This document shows, piece after piece, positions 9,127 to 18,901 of a DNA stretch of 31,028 nucleotides. Made by a program: the position numbers and the translations under genes. Source of the stretch: Terrimicrobiaceae bacterium. GTDB lineage: Bacteria > Verrucomicrobiota > Verrucomicrobiia > Chthoniobacterales > Terrimicrobiaceae. The stretch's first letter is position 1. The number at the start of each line of letters is the position of its first letter. The notes beneath the pieces are model-generated. The model searched no databases. It saw nothing but the letters and a program-made list of their open reading frames with translations, and was not told where the DNA came from. The stretch lies in assembly GCA_044342325.1 (NCBI GenBank), contig JBIIPZ010000034.1, positions 1 through 31,028 of the forward strand. The letters are read 5' to 3'.

Positions 9127-10059
9127 ATGCCACTTCACTTTCTCGTTACGCCAGAACAGGCGGGTCAGCGTTTAGATAAATTCCTCGGAGCCGGGTGTCC
9201 GGATTTCTCACGTGCAAGACTTCAGGCCTTCATTCGAGATGGGCATGCGCTTGTGAACAAGGTCGCCGCGAAGCCCTCCTATCCCCTCCGCGCCGGAGAT
9301 GAGGTTGTTTTTGAAATTCCGCAGGAAACAGTCCCCTCCCCTCTGGCGGCGCAGGATATTCCGATCGATATCATTTTTGAGGACGAGACGCTGCTCGTGC
9401 TGAACAAGCCTGCGGGGCTCGTCGTGCATCCAGGTGCAGGAAACCGTGAGGGGACACTGGCAAATGGATTGCTCCACCATTGCGGCGGGCTGGAAATCGT
9501 GGGCGGCGAGGGCCGACCTGGGATCGTCCACCGTTTAGACAAGGAGACATCAGGCTGCATTGTGGTGGCTAAGACTGAGGCCGCGCACAATTCGCTCTCG
9601 GCGCAATTTGCATCCCGCGAGGTTGAAAAATCCTACCTGGCCCTTGCCGACGGGGTTCCGCGCATGCCTCACGGCAAGATCGAAGCGGCCATCGGCCGAC
9701 ATCCCGTGCACCGCCAAAAAATGGCGGTCGTCGATCGCGGGAGGGATGCCCTCACCCACTATCGAGTGCTTGCCAACCGCGACGGAAAAGCACTCATCGA
9801 ATGTCGACCGCGAACGGGCAGGACACACCAGATTCGTGTTCACTTGAAACACCTCGGGCATCCCGTGACAGGCGACCCTCAATATGGCCGCAGGGGCAGT
9901 GTGGAGCGGCATTACCTGCATGCCTGGAAGTTGGCATTCAAGCATCCCCTCACTGGAAAGCGTGTTCATTTCACAGCCACCCTCTCGCCGGATTTTCCGG
10001 ACTGGGCGCTCGAAGCCGCACGGGCGCGCGAGGGTGACCGCATGGAGAAGTTTGCGTGA
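9127..10059 (+). CDS. rluD: RluA/RluD-family pseudouridine synthase with S4 domain
   Basis: RLDKFL S4 start, NKPAGLVVHPG, HRLDKETSG (catalytic D), TGRTHQIRVH. Confidence 0.88.
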   Translation: MPLHFLVTPEQAGQRLDKFLGAGCPDFSRARLQAFIRDGHALVNKVAAKPSYPLRAGDEVVFEIPQETVPSPLAAQDIPIDIIFEDETLLVLNKPAGLVVHPGAGNREGTLANGLLHHCGGLEIVGGEGRPGIVHRLDKETSGCIVVAKTEAAHNSLSAQFASREVEKSYLALADGVPRMPHGKIEAAIGRHPVHRQKMAVVDRGRDALTHYRVLANRDGKALIECRPRTGRTHQIRVHLKHLGHPVTGDPQYGRRGSVERHYLHAWKLAFKHPLTGKRVHFTATLSPDFPDWALEAARAREGDRMEKFA

Positions 10060-11111
10060 TCAGGGAAGTCCGGCTCCATCATTTCCGCTGCTTTGAAAAT
10101 CTGGAATTTTTTCCAGCTCCCCACCGCACCTGCATCGTGGGGCAAAACGCCCAGGGCAAGACTTCGATTCTCGAAGCCGTGTGCGTTCTACTCCGCCTTC
10201 AGTCCCCGCGCACCACGACAACGACCGAACTGATCCAAAGCGGAGAGGGTGGTTTTTCGATCGAGGGGCATTTTGCTGACACCCGACTGCAATACCGTCA
10301 CACGCCCGAGGGACGCACGATTTTCCTCGATTCGAAGCTTCAGCAAAAATCGACGGACTACCTTTCCACAGCCCGCATCACTTGGTTTTCGAATGCCGAT
10401 CTGGATCTTGTGAAGGGCTCCAGTTCTGCAAGGCGGCGATATCTGGATTTTCTCGGGACGCAATCCGTGCCGGGCTACCGCAAGGCGCTGCGCGACTATG
10501 AACGCGCCCTGCGATCACGAAATTCCCTGCTGAAGGATGGGCGTCCCCGGCGGGAAATTGCGGCTTTTGACCCACCGCTACTGGAAGCGGGAGAATTTCT
10601 CCTCTCGGCACGCGCCCGACTCACAGACTCGCTGTCGCCCCGCGCGACCGCGGCATGCTTGGAAATCAGCTCTTCCTCAGACGACCTGAAAATCGAATAC
10701 CGGCCAGGCTGCCAGCTCCCGTTTTCGGAGGCACTCGCGGCTTCGCGCTCTGAGGAAGAGCGCCTGCGGCAAACCGTTTGCGGACCGCACCGGGACGATT
10801 TGGATTTTCAACTCAACTCGCTCAAGGCGTCGTCATTCGCCTCGGAAGGACAACAGCGAACCATCGCACTGGCCCTGAAAATCGCTCAAGCCCGCCATAT
10901 CGAAGCCATGCACGGGCAGCCTCCTGTGCTACTTTTGGACGACATCTTCGGCGAGCTCGACACGGCGCGCCGCAACCGACTCCTTAAAGCACTACCCCCC
11001 GGTGCCCAAACACTCATTACGACCACATTCCTAGACTGGGCGCGCGATGCTGAGGAAATTACGGTTTTCAACTTGTCTGGAAAAATACTAACTCCGGCAT
11101 CTTCCAAGTGA
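10056..11111 (+). CDS. recF: DNA replication/repair ATPase RecF
   Basis: Walker A GQNAQGKT, RRRYLD, GPHRDDL, signature ASEGQQR, Walker B LLLDD. GTGA coupling at both ends. Confidence 0.95.
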   Translation: MIREVRLHHFRCFENLEFFPAPHRTCIVGQNAQGKTSILEAVCVLLRLQSPRTTTTTELIQSGEGGFSIEGHFADTRLQYRHTPEGRTIFLDSKLQQKSTDYLSTARITWFSNADLDLVKGSSSARRRYLDFLGTQSVPGYRKALRDYERALRSRNSLLKDGRPRREIAAFDPPLLEAGEFLLSARARLTDSLSPRATAACLEISSSSDDLKIEYRPGCQLPFSEALAASRSEEERLRQTVCGPHRDDLDFQLNSLKASSFASEGQQRTIALALKIAQARHIEAMHGQPPVLLLDDIFGELDTARRNRLLKALPPGAQTLITTTFLDWARDAEEITVFNLSGKILTPASSK

Positions 11112-12304
11112 AACGCATCGCCATCATAGGCGGTGGGCCGGCAGGTTTGCGCGCAGCGGAAATCGCGGCAGAAGCTGGGGCCGAAGTCACACTCTTCGAC
11201 GCAAAGCCCTCCGTCGGGCGAAAGTTTCTAGTGGCCGGAAAAGGCGGCATGAACCTCACCCACTCAGAACCCATGGAGGCCTTTACCAGACGCTACTCGG
11301 CATCCACTGAGTGCGAGGAACGCTGGAGCGAAATCTTAGCGGACTTCACGCCGATGGACCTCCGTGAATGGGCGAGAAGCCTTGGGGCCGAGACTTTCGA
11401 AGCGGGAAGCGGCAGGATTTATTTGAAGACTCTCAAAGCCGCCACGCTTCTCCGCGCTTGGGTGGCGAGGCTAAGAGCCTTGGGCGTTCGATTTGAAATG
11501 AGGCACCGACTTGTCTCGGTAACGCCTGGCTCAACGATTCGGATGGAATTTTCCAATGGCGCTAGTGCCGAGGCGGATGCCATGATCCTCGCAGTCGGCG
11601 GTGCATCCTGGCCACAAACCGGCTCGGATGGACAGTGGACGCATGCCCTCGAAAACCTTGGGATTTCGATTCAACCGCTCATGGCTGCCAACTGTGGCTG
11701 GGAGCATGATTGGAGCGCGGATTTTCTCTCACTCGCCGAAGGCAAGCCGCTAAAAAATGTAAACACGCAAGCGGGCGACAAGCAGATTCGGGGCGAACTC
11801 CTGATCACTCGCTACGGCATGGAGGGAGGACCGCTTTACGCTCTCGGAAAAACACTCCGTGAAATGCCTGAGCCGGCGATAGCTATCGATCTCAAGCCTG
11901 CGCATTCCCACGAGCAGCTCGTCTCCAAGATGGAATCGGTTCGGCGGAATTTCTCTACTGAGGCCCGCCAGCGTTGGAAGCTCAGCGATGCAGCCTATGC
12001 GCTTCTGGCACGAAATGATTGGATGGATGTGCACTCGCTCACCCGCGAGGCAAAGAATTGCGTCATCCCATTGAAAGGTCCCCGACCGATTGCGGAAGCC
12101 ATTTCCAGCGCGGGAGGGGTATGCTGGAGCGAAATCGACTCCAGCCTCATGTTAACGAAACTTCCAGGGCTTTTTGTAGCAGGAGAAATGATCGACTGGG
12201 AGGCGCCTACAGGAGGCTATTTGTTACAGGGATGCTTTGCCACGGGATCGCTTGCGGCGAAATCCGCACTGGCCTGGCTCAGGTCACTTGCCGCCCGACA
12301 ATGA
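11108..12304 (+). CDS. HI0933/BaiN-like NAD(P)/FAD-dependent flavoprotein (TIGR03862-type)
   Basis: IIGGGPAGL, GRKFLVAGKGGMNLTH, GGASWPQTGSDG, AISSAGGV, GEMIDWEAPTGGYLLQ. Confidence 0.9.
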   Translation: MKRIAIIGGGPAGLRAAEIAAEAGAEVTLFDAKPSVGRKFLVAGKGGMNLTHSEPMEAFTRRYSASTECEERWSEILADFTPMDLREWARSLGAETFEAGSGRIYLKTLKAATLLRAWVARLRALGVRFEMRHRLVSVTPGSTIRMEFSNGASAEADAMILAVGGASWPQTGSDGQWTHALENLGISIQPLMAANCGWEHDWSADFLSLAEGKPLKNVNTQAGDKQIRGELLITRYGMEGGPLYALGKTLREMPEPAIAIDLKPAHSHEQLVSKMESVRRNFSTEARQRWKLSDAAYALLARNDWMDVHSLTREAKNCVIPLKGPRPIAEAISSAGGVCWSEIDSSLMLTKLPGLFVAGEMIDWEAPTGGYLLQGCFATGSLAAKSALAWLRSLAARQ

Positions 12305-13673
12305 TGTTCTGACCATTCACCGCGAGGACTTGGATTTTTGTTCCAGCCTCAAGGAACTCGCCATTCGTCATCACATCAAAAACCCCTTCGCTTATCTGGG
12401 CGCGACCAGACGGGCGCAGGATGGAGAGGGCCACGCCGGTCTCTCCGACAGGCACCTTTGCCGCAGCTCCAAGCTCGGTAACGACGGGCGCGATGGATGG
12501 ACCAGCCGGAGAACTCGATGACAAAAACAGGCTGCGAAAGATTGGAATGCTCGGGAGAAACCGCGCCAAGAGTGCAACTCCGACCGCGCTGGCAACGAAA
12601 GCGATGCTGAGGTTCCACATCGGAACTTGAAGTCTCTCGAATGAAAAATTGATCGGCTGGGCCGGATACAAGTCCGCCATCGAAAAAAACAACGCCGCAA
12701 GCACCATCAACGCACCACCGAGGGCTAAAAAGAAAACCCCTGGGAAAAAAACGACCTCTATCAAAATGCAGACGAGCCCCAAGACGAAAAGGGCTACCAT
12801 TTCCAATCCGGTCAGGCCTGCGATGTAATGCCCACCGAAGAAAATCAAAAAACAGACCGCCGAGAGAATCCCCGCAATTCCGAAGCCAGGGGCCTTGAAT
12901 TCGAGATAGGCTCCCATAATTCCGCCGAGAAGAAAGAGAGGGGCAAGCGTGGTGATCCATTGGGCGAGGTTCTCGAATCCGGAGGGTTCCAAGCGAACGA
13001 TCCGATCCACAGAAAGTCCACAGGTCTTAACAAGCGCGGCGACATCCGCTTCGATGCCGGAGGCCAGCAGTGGCTTTCCACCGATGTCTCGAACGGCTTC
13101 CTGAGCGCTCAACGTGAGCAACGCGCCCTTGGGGTTAATGACTTCACCGCCGACCTTCACCTCTTTATCGAGGTTCATAAAACCATCCACCAACTCGGGG
13201 TGGTATCCGTTTTTCTGCGCCACACTGCGGAAGTATCCAGAGTAGTAGGAAACAATCTTGGCGTTCATGGTTTCCGGAATTTCCTGACCACTGCCCGCCA
13301 CTGGCGCGGCGGCTCCGATGGCACTGACTGGGGCCATGAAAACCTTCTTCGTGCCGAGTGCGATCAGCGCGCCCGCCGAGCCGGCATTCGCGTTCACATA
13401 GGTGTAGGCGGGAATCGGGCTTTTGGAGAACATCTGCACGATCTTCTCCGTTGCTTTCAAATCCCCGCCAGGCGTGTCCATATCCAAAACGACAGCGGAT
13501 GCCGCCACAGACTCCGCATTTTTCAAAGCCCGTCGCAGGAAGAAAAACTGCGCTTCGCTCACCGCTCCCTTCACGGGCAGGACAACCACAGAACCAGTGG
13601 AAATGCCTTTTTCAGCCGCTTGTAGAGGCAGTAGTTGGGCAAGGCAGACAAAAATCAAAAGAAGGCACTTCAT
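12279..13673 (-). CDS. nfeD: Long-form NfeD membrane serine protease (ClpP-like domain, TM region, OB fold)
   Basis: Signal peptide, LDMDTPGG, AGSAGALIAL, IGAAAPV, EFKAPGFG and C-terminal GETGVALSILRPSGRA. The 3' end overlaps the convergent flavoprotein gene by 26 bp. Confidence 0.9.
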   Translation of the reverse strand: MKCLLLIFVCLAQLLPLQAAEKGISTGSVVVLPVKGAVSEAQFFFLRRALKNAESVAASAVVLDMDTPGGDLKATEKIVQMFSKSPIPAYTYVNANAGSAGALIALGTKKVFMAPVSAIGAAAPVAGSGQEIPETMNAKIVSYYSGYFRSVAQKNGYHPELVDGFMNLDKEVKVGGEVINPKGALLTLSAQEAVRDIGGKPLLASGIEADVAALVKTCGLSVDRIVRLEPSGFENLAQWITTLAPLFLLGGIMGAYLEFKAPGFGIAGILSAVCFLIFFGGHYIAGLTGLEMVALFVLGLVCILIEVVFFPGVFFLALGGALMVLAALFFSMADLYPAQPINFSFERLQVPMWNLSIAFVASAVGVALLARFLPSIPIFRSLFLSSSSPAGPSIAPVVTELGAAAKVPVGETGVALSILRPSGRAQISEGVFDVMTNGEFLEAGTKIQVLAVNGQNIIVGRQVT

Positions 13674-13725
13674 AGAGACGGAAATCTCCCTCGCGCCCAG
13701 ACCCACCGCAAGGTATTTTCAGCCC

Positions 13726-15519
13726 GTGGGACTCATCTCCGAGGAAACAATACAGCGCGTCAGCGATGCCAATGATATCGTTGATTTGATCGGTTCGTAT
13801 TTTCCGCTCAAGCGCGCGGGAACGAGCTTCCGCGCGATTTGTCCCTTCCATCGCGAGAAATCGCCGTCTTTCCATGTGAACCCCGCGCGGCAGAACTACC
13901 ACTGCTTCGGATGCGGTGCCGGGGGAGGTGTTCTCCGCTTCGTCATGGAATACGAGCACCTCGATTTCCCATCGGCCGTTCGTCGCCTTGCCCAGCGCGC
14001 GGGCATTCCCATCGTGGAAGAGGATGCCACTTCGGAAGACCACCAGAAACACAGCCTGCGCCAGCGTCTTTTAGCCCTTCACGCCGAGGCATCGGCATGG
14101 TTTCACGATCAACTTCTGAAATCACCGGACGCCTCCCAGGCCAGGGACTACCTCAAGTCGAGAGCTCTGAATTCGACCATCGCCAAATCCTGGCAACTCG
14201 GCTTCGCTCCCGCCTCCTGGGACGCTCTCCTCACGCACCTGCGCGGACGACGATTCTCCTCCGAGGAAATAGCCCAAAGCGGCCTCGCCTCTTCCAAAGA
14301 CGAAGGCTCGAACTCGAGCAGCGCGCTCTACAGCAGATTCCGAAACCGCGTCATGTTTCCGATCCGAAATGATTACGGTGAGGTCATCGCCTTCAGCGGA
14401 CGCATCCTCGAAGCCGACGCCAAGGCCGCAAAATATGTCAACTCCCCCGAGACACCGCTTTTCTCCAAAGGCCGCGTCCTCTACGGGCTCGATAAAACCA
14501 AACGCGACCTCATCGACAAAAACGCCGCCATCGTTTGCGAGGGACAGATCGATTTGATCTCAGCCTTCGAAGCCGGCGTCCGAAATGTCATTGCCCCACA
14601 AGGAACGGCATTTACAGGCGACCAGGCCCGTCTTTTGAAGCGCTATGTCGAAACTGTCCTCCTCTGCTTCGACTCAGATGCCGCAGGGAAAAAGGCCGCC
14701 ACCCGCTCTCTGCCGGCACTGCTCTCGCAAGGTTTGCTGGTGAAAATAGTGACCCTCCCACAAGGCGAGGATCCCGACTCCCTCATCCGCCGCTCGGGTC
14801 CGGAGGCGTTTTTGGAAGTCGTGAACAATGCGACGGATTTTTTTGAACACAGCCTGAACGAGGCCTTCGCATCCGGCGAACTCAACGACAGCGTCGGCAA
14901 ATCCCGCCTCGTCAGCCGCATCGCCCCGCCGCTCGCGCTCGTGCAGGACGCCGTTCTGAAGGAGACCCTACTGGGACGCATCGCCTCGCGCCTTGGACTT
15001 CCTCAACCCGCTATTCGTGTCGCAATGAAAGCCCCTGCTATCGATCAAGAAGAATCTCAAACTCCGACGCCCCAACCCGAGGAAAAAATCGCCCTCTCCG
15101 CAGGCATGGAAATGCTTTGCCGTCTCACGCTGACAAGTAACGAGGTGCGGACATGGCTCCGCGACCAGAAGCCGCTCGACGAGTTCGAGGAGGGAGGTTT
15201 CTTAGTGAACAAACTCGCTCAAGCAGATTATGAAGATGGCACCCCTCCACCCCCCACCCTGCTCGCTCAACTGACGGGGTCCGAGGAACGCCTGATCTCG
15301 GCGATGGATATCCACCGCTCCACCCCCGAGCCGCTGGAACGCGCCCGCCAATTGCTCCAAGGCCTCCATGTGCAGCAACTCAACCGCGAAATCGATGGCC
15401 TGAAGAGCCGGATTGCCGATCCAGCGATTCCGGCGGCAGAAAGACAAAAATTACAAAAACAAATCCTTGACCTCACGATCCGTGTGGCGGATGTTCGACG
15501 GCCTTTTCTCCAGGCCTAA
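13726..15519 (+). CDS. dnaG: DNA primase
   Basis: CHC2 finger [11 protein letters not shown]...[23 protein letters not shown], Toprim EGQID/FDSDAAG. GTG start at 13726. Confidence 0.97.
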   Translation: MGLISEETIQRVSDANDIVDLIGSYFPLKRAGTSFRAICPFHREKSPSFHVNPARQNYHCFGCGAGGGVLRFVMEYEHLDFPSAVRRLAQRAGIPIVEEDATSEDHQKHSLRQRLLALHAEASAWFHDQLLKSPDASQARDYLKSRALNSTIAKSWQLGFAPASWDALLTHLRGRRFSSEEIAQSGLASSKDEGSNSSSALYSRFRNRVMFPIRNDYGEVIAFSGRILEADAKAAKYVNSPETPLFSKGRVLYGLDKTKRDLIDKNAAIVCEGQIDLISAFEAGVRNVIAPQGTAFTGDQARLLKRYVETVLLCFDSDAAGKKAATRSLPALLSQGLLVKIVTLPQGEDPDSLIRRSGPEAFLEVVNNATDFFEHSLNEAFASGELNDSVGKSRLVSRIAPPLALVQDAVLKETLLGRIASRLGLPQPAIRVAMKAPAIDQEESQTPTPQPEEKIALSAGMEMLCRLTLTSNEVRTWLRDQKPLDEFEEGGFLVNKLAQADYEDGTPPPPTLLAQLTGSEERLISAMDIHRSTPEPLERARQLLQGLHVQQLNREIDGLKSRIADPAIPAAERQKLQKQILDLTIRVADVRRPFLQA

Positions 15520-15530
15520 CGGAAAGCAGA

Positions 15531-17801
15531 TTGTTGAAAACAAAAACCACCTCTTCAAAAAGCCCGTCCCGTCCGGCGGCTAAACCCAGCGCAGCAAAGA
15601 AGGTCGCAAAACCTTCCAAGCCGACTGCAAAGTCCAACTCCAAGCCAGGCAAACCTCTGCCGAAAAAATCGGCAAGGCCAGCAGCCAAAAAACCTGTCGC
15701 GGCCTCAAAACCCAAGGTGAAGGCTCCAGCTAAGAAGACCGCCCTGCCAGCCAAGGCCGCCAAGCCATCGGCCAAGGTGCCAGCAAAAAAAGCCGCACCG
15801 AAAAAAATTCAGGCAAAGGCAAAACCGGCTCCAACCCCAGTCAAGAAGGCTCCAACCAAGCCAGTAAAAGCTTTACCAAAGAAACCAGCCCGCCCGACTC
15901 CTCCGGCAAAGGCCCCAGCAAAAAGCGCTCCGGCCAAAAATACCAAACCGGCCCCCAAACCGCCGGCTAAGCAATCCGCCAAGAAGCCAGAGACCAAGCC
16001 GTCGGCGCCAGCCAAGCCCGTTCAGAAAACGACCTCCGCTCCGGCAACCGGAGCCAAAAAAGTCGAGGCAAAAGCGAACGCACCCGAGCCTAAAAACAAA
16101 AAGAAGGGAGCATCCGAGACCTCAAAACAGGACTTAACCTCCGAGCCCATGCCCTTGAGCATCCCCAAGATGATTCAAGAGAAGGTTCGTGACCTCATTC
16201 GCTTGGCCAAAGAGCAAGGTTACCTTACCTACGAAGATCTCGACGAGCATCTTCCCGAAGGCGTCAGCAATCCGGAGCATCTGGATGCCATTATCAGCCA
16301 ACTCCGTGGCGTTGAGATCGAAATCATCGAGTCATCGGATGTCGATCGTGTCAAAGAAGTTCGAAAAGACGACGAAGACGACGACAAAGACGAGAAGGAA
16401 GAAAAAGAGGAAAAAGAAGAAAAAGCAGATTCCAAACTCGATATTCTCGACGATCCGGTCAGGATGTATCTAAAGCAAATGGGCCAAGTCCCGTTGCTCA
16501 CCCGCGAACAGGAAGTGGAAATTTCCAAACGCATCGAAGACGCCGAATTGAAAGTCCAAGAACTTCTCTACGGATTCGGCTTCGTCGCAAGAGCCCATGT
16601 TGATCTCGCTCAGAAGCTTATCGATCAGCGCGAACGCTTCGATCGCGTCATTCTCGACAAAAAAATCGAGAGCCGCGAACGCTATATGAAAGCGCTCCCC
16701 CGCCTTTGCCAACAAGTGAAGCGCGCGACAGACTCGGCTTCAAAACTTTACGCAGAAACAGCACAGTCCGGCGCCAACTCGGAGAAACGAAAGAAATTCG
16801 ATCGCGCCCTCAAATCACTGCAGCAATTTTATCCGAAGTTCTTCTTCAAGCAGAAAGTCGTTGAGGATTTTGTTGTGCTCGTTGAAGAGAACCATCGCGC
16901 TGTGACCAATGTGCAGAAGGAACTCGCCAAGCACTCGAAGGATGCGAATCCCAAACTCCGCCGTCAGCACACTGCTGAGCTCAAGGATATGCAAGCCCGT
17001 TTCTGGCTCACTCCCGAGGAACTCAAAACGCATCACGAAAACCTCAAGATTTGGCACCGCCGCGCCCTCAAGGCAAAAACCGAAATGGTTGAGGCCAACC
17101 TCCGCCTGGTCATTTCCATTGCTAAAAAATACACCAACCGCGGTCTCTCATTCCTTGACCTGATCCAAGAGGGCAACATGGGACTCATGAAAGCGGTCGA
17201 AAAATTCGAATACCGCCGGGGTTACAAATTCTCAACCTACGCGACCTGGTGGATTCGCCAAGCGATCACCCGCTCGATTGCCGACCAAGCACGCACCATC
17301 CGCATCCCGGTTCACATGATCGAAACGATCAACAAGCTGATCCGTGTGCAGAAGCAACTCGTGCAGGAATATGGCCGCGAGCCTTCCCCGGAAGAAATCT
17401 CGGACGAGATTCAGCTCCCTGTGGAGCGTGTGCGTGCCGTTTTGAAGATGGCGCAGCAACCGATCTCGCTTCAAGCCCCCGTCGGCGACAGCGACGACAC
17501 AAGCTTCGGCGACTTCATCGAAGACAAAGGCGCGGAAAACCCCGCCGACATGGCAGCGATCGTCTTGCTCAAAGACAAAATCAAAGATGTCTTGGAATCC
17601 CTCACCGAGCGAGAGCGCCAGGTCCTCGAGCAGCGCTTCGGCCTCGTCGATGGATACAGCCGCACACTCGAGGAAGTCGGCCGCCAATTCAAGGTCACCC
17701 GCGAGCGCATTCGCCAGATCGAAGCCAAAGCCCTTCGGAAAATGCGTCACCCGACCCGCATCCGCCAACTCGAAGGATTCCTCGACGCGCACGAAACTTA
17801 A
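15531..17801 (+). CDS. rpoD: Primary sigma factor RpoD with a ~200-aa Lys/Ala/Pro-rich N-terminal extension
   Basis: Region 1.1 ([12 protein letters not shown]), [57 protein letters not shown]. The start is uncertain (TTG 15531 versus ATG 16149/16170). Confidence 0.96.
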   Translation: MLKTKTTSSKSPSRPAAKPSAAKKVAKPSKPTAKSNSKPGKPLPKKSARPAAKKPVAASKPKVKAPAKKTALPAKAAKPSAKVPAKKAAPKKIQAKAKPAPTPVKKAPTKPVKALPKKPARPTPPAKAPAKSAPAKNTKPAPKPPAKQSAKKPETKPSAPAKPVQKTTSAPATGAKKVEAKANAPEPKNKKKGASETSKQDLTSEPMPLSIPKMIQEKVRDLIRLAKEQGYLTYEDLDEHLPEGVSNPEHLDAIISQLRGVEIEIIESSDVDRVKEVRKDDEDDDKDEKEEKEEKEEKADSKLDILDDPVRMYLKQMGQVPLLTREQEVEISKRIEDAELKVQELLYGFGFVARAHVDLAQKLIDQRERFDRVILDKKIESRERYMKALPRLCQQVKRATDSASKLYAETAQSGANSEKRKKFDRALKSLQQFYPKFFFKQKVVEDFVVLVEENHRAVTNVQKELAKHSKDANPKLRRQHTAELKDMQARFWLTPEELKTHHENLKIWHRRALKAKTEMVEANLRLVISIAKKYTNRGLSFLDLIQEGNMGLMKAVEKFEYRRGYKFSTYATWWIRQAITRSIADQARTIRIPVHMIETINKLIRVQKQLVQEYGREPSPEEISDEIQLPVERVRAVLKMAQQPISLQAPVGDSDDTSFGDFIEDKGAENPADMAAIVLLKDKIKDVLESLTERERQVLEQRFGLVDGYSRTLEEVGRQFKVTRERIRQIEAKALRKMRHPTRIRQLEGFLDAHET

Positions 17802-17843
17802 TTTTTTGCGCAACTTCGCCCATCAAGCTGGGTTTGATGTGAC

Positions 17844-18176
17844 ATGAATGACGATCTTACGGAGAAAGACGAACTGTGGGAATTGCTCGGTCGCGCCCGA
17901 CCAGCCGCAGTCCCCTCGAATTTCTTCGCAAGAAATGTCCTTCGATCCATCCGACACAACGCGCCCCCGTCGACCATTCCTGGCTTCGTTCTGCGTTGGA
18001 TCACTGCCCCGGCATTCGCGATCCTGCTCCTCGGCTTCAGCCTCTCGCTCCTCCACTCCCCCCAACCCCAAGTCCCCGCCGAACTCGTCGAGTTTTTCGA
18101 CATCGCCGCCGGACTCGACCAACTCGCGATCGTCGAAGACCTCACGATCTCAAACTTCGCCGCGAACTCACTCTGA
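17844..18176 (+). CDS. Small single-pass membrane hypothetical protein (anti-sigma-like architecture)
   Basis: Cytoplasmic N-terminus DELWELLGRAR...FFARNVLRSIR, one hydrophobic helix (WITAPAFAILLLGFSLSLL) and an acidic tail. Confidence 0.7.
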   Translation: MNDDLTEKDELWELLGRARPAAVPSNFFARNVLRSIRHNAPPSTIPGFVLRWITAPAFAILLLGFSLSLLHSPQPQVPAELVEFFDIAAGLDQLAIVEDLTISNFAANSL

Positions 18177-18208
18177 ATAAAAGGTTGCCCACGCCGTGCG
18201 TCGACTGT

Positions 18209-18417
18209 TTGGAGGGTCATCGTCCTCGCCTGACCCATTTTTCAACCACGCGCGGCGCGGAATAACTTTCAGACAGCACTGCCACCCAAACCACTCAATC
18301 CGCTTGCTGCGCATCCTCCCAAAAAAATGATTTTGCTGCCCATGATTTTGCCAACCCCACCTATTCCAGACGCTGCTTCGCGGCTGAAAATTGGGCCATG
18401 CCGGAAGCTGGCCCTCC
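18209..18417. repeat. REP-doublet/MITE-like element, copy 3, between convergent genes
   Basis: Left arm GGAGGGTCATCGTCCTCGCCTGACCCATTTTTCA. Right arm CGCTGCTTCGCGGCTGAAAATTGGGCCATGCCGGAAGCTGGCCCTCC. Internal ACTTTCAGACA (18265-18275) is shared with copy 1 (2630-2640). Confidence 0.8.
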
Positions 18418-18432
18418 GAGGCGGGTCGACAA

Positions 18433-18894
18433 TCAATATGGCTGCAGGGAGCGTGGAGGGCCGAGGATTTCGCGCCAGACGATGGCTTGGCGGAGGGCGG
18501 CGGGGGATTTGATTTCGAGCAGGACTTGTTGGGGCTTGGAAGAAGTTGGCTTGAGCTTACGAACAATGGTGCGCGGCGCGGGCGCGGGGGCAGGTGTTTG
18601 AGCGGGAGCAGGGGTTAGAAATTCCGACGCGACTTCTTGAGGAGCGACTTCTTCGGGCATCGGGATTCCAAATGACTCGAGGAATCTCCGCATTTCCTGC
18701 TGAGGTTCAGATTTGTGAACCTCGGGAATGGATGTGGGCGACGGAGCGGGCTCCAGATAGGGGCTTGACTCCGCCTCCCGGCGGGCGCGCTCAGCTTCAA
18801 AACGGCGCTGCTCCCGGCGTTTACCGGATTGTTCGATGAGCCAGTTGATCAGGCTAATCGCTCCAATAATGAGGAGCAGGACGAGTTGTTCCAT
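18433..18894 (-). CDS. floA-associated membrane-anchored hypothetical protein (YqfB-like position)
   Basis: N-terminal TM, Pro/Glu-rich linker and C-terminal LRQAIVWREILGPP motif. It starts 7 nt after the floA stop. Confidence 0.75.
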   Translation of the reverse strand: MEQLVLLLIIGAISLINWLIEQSGKRREQRRFEAERARREAESSPYLEPAPSPTSIPEVHKSEPQQEMRRFLESFGIPMPEEVAPQEVASEFLTPAPAQTPAPAPAPRTIVRKLKPTSSKPQQVLLEIKSPAALRQAIVWREILGPPRSLQPY

Positions 18895-18901
18895 CGCGGA
18901 A

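Noticed and set aside
13423..13725. Long N-terminal extension of DnaG
   Set aside because: It overlaps nfeD on the opposite strand. DnaG homology starts at GTG 13726.
17232..17813. 193-aa ORF antisense to rpoD
   Set aside because: It is a shadow frame of a highly conserved, codon-biased gene and has no motifs.
2576..18417. Repeats as a CRISPR array or integron attC sites
   Set aside because: The copies are dispersed, inverted and kilobases apart. There is no repeat-spacer periodicity, no cas or intI gene, and no RYYYAAC/GTTRRRY ends.
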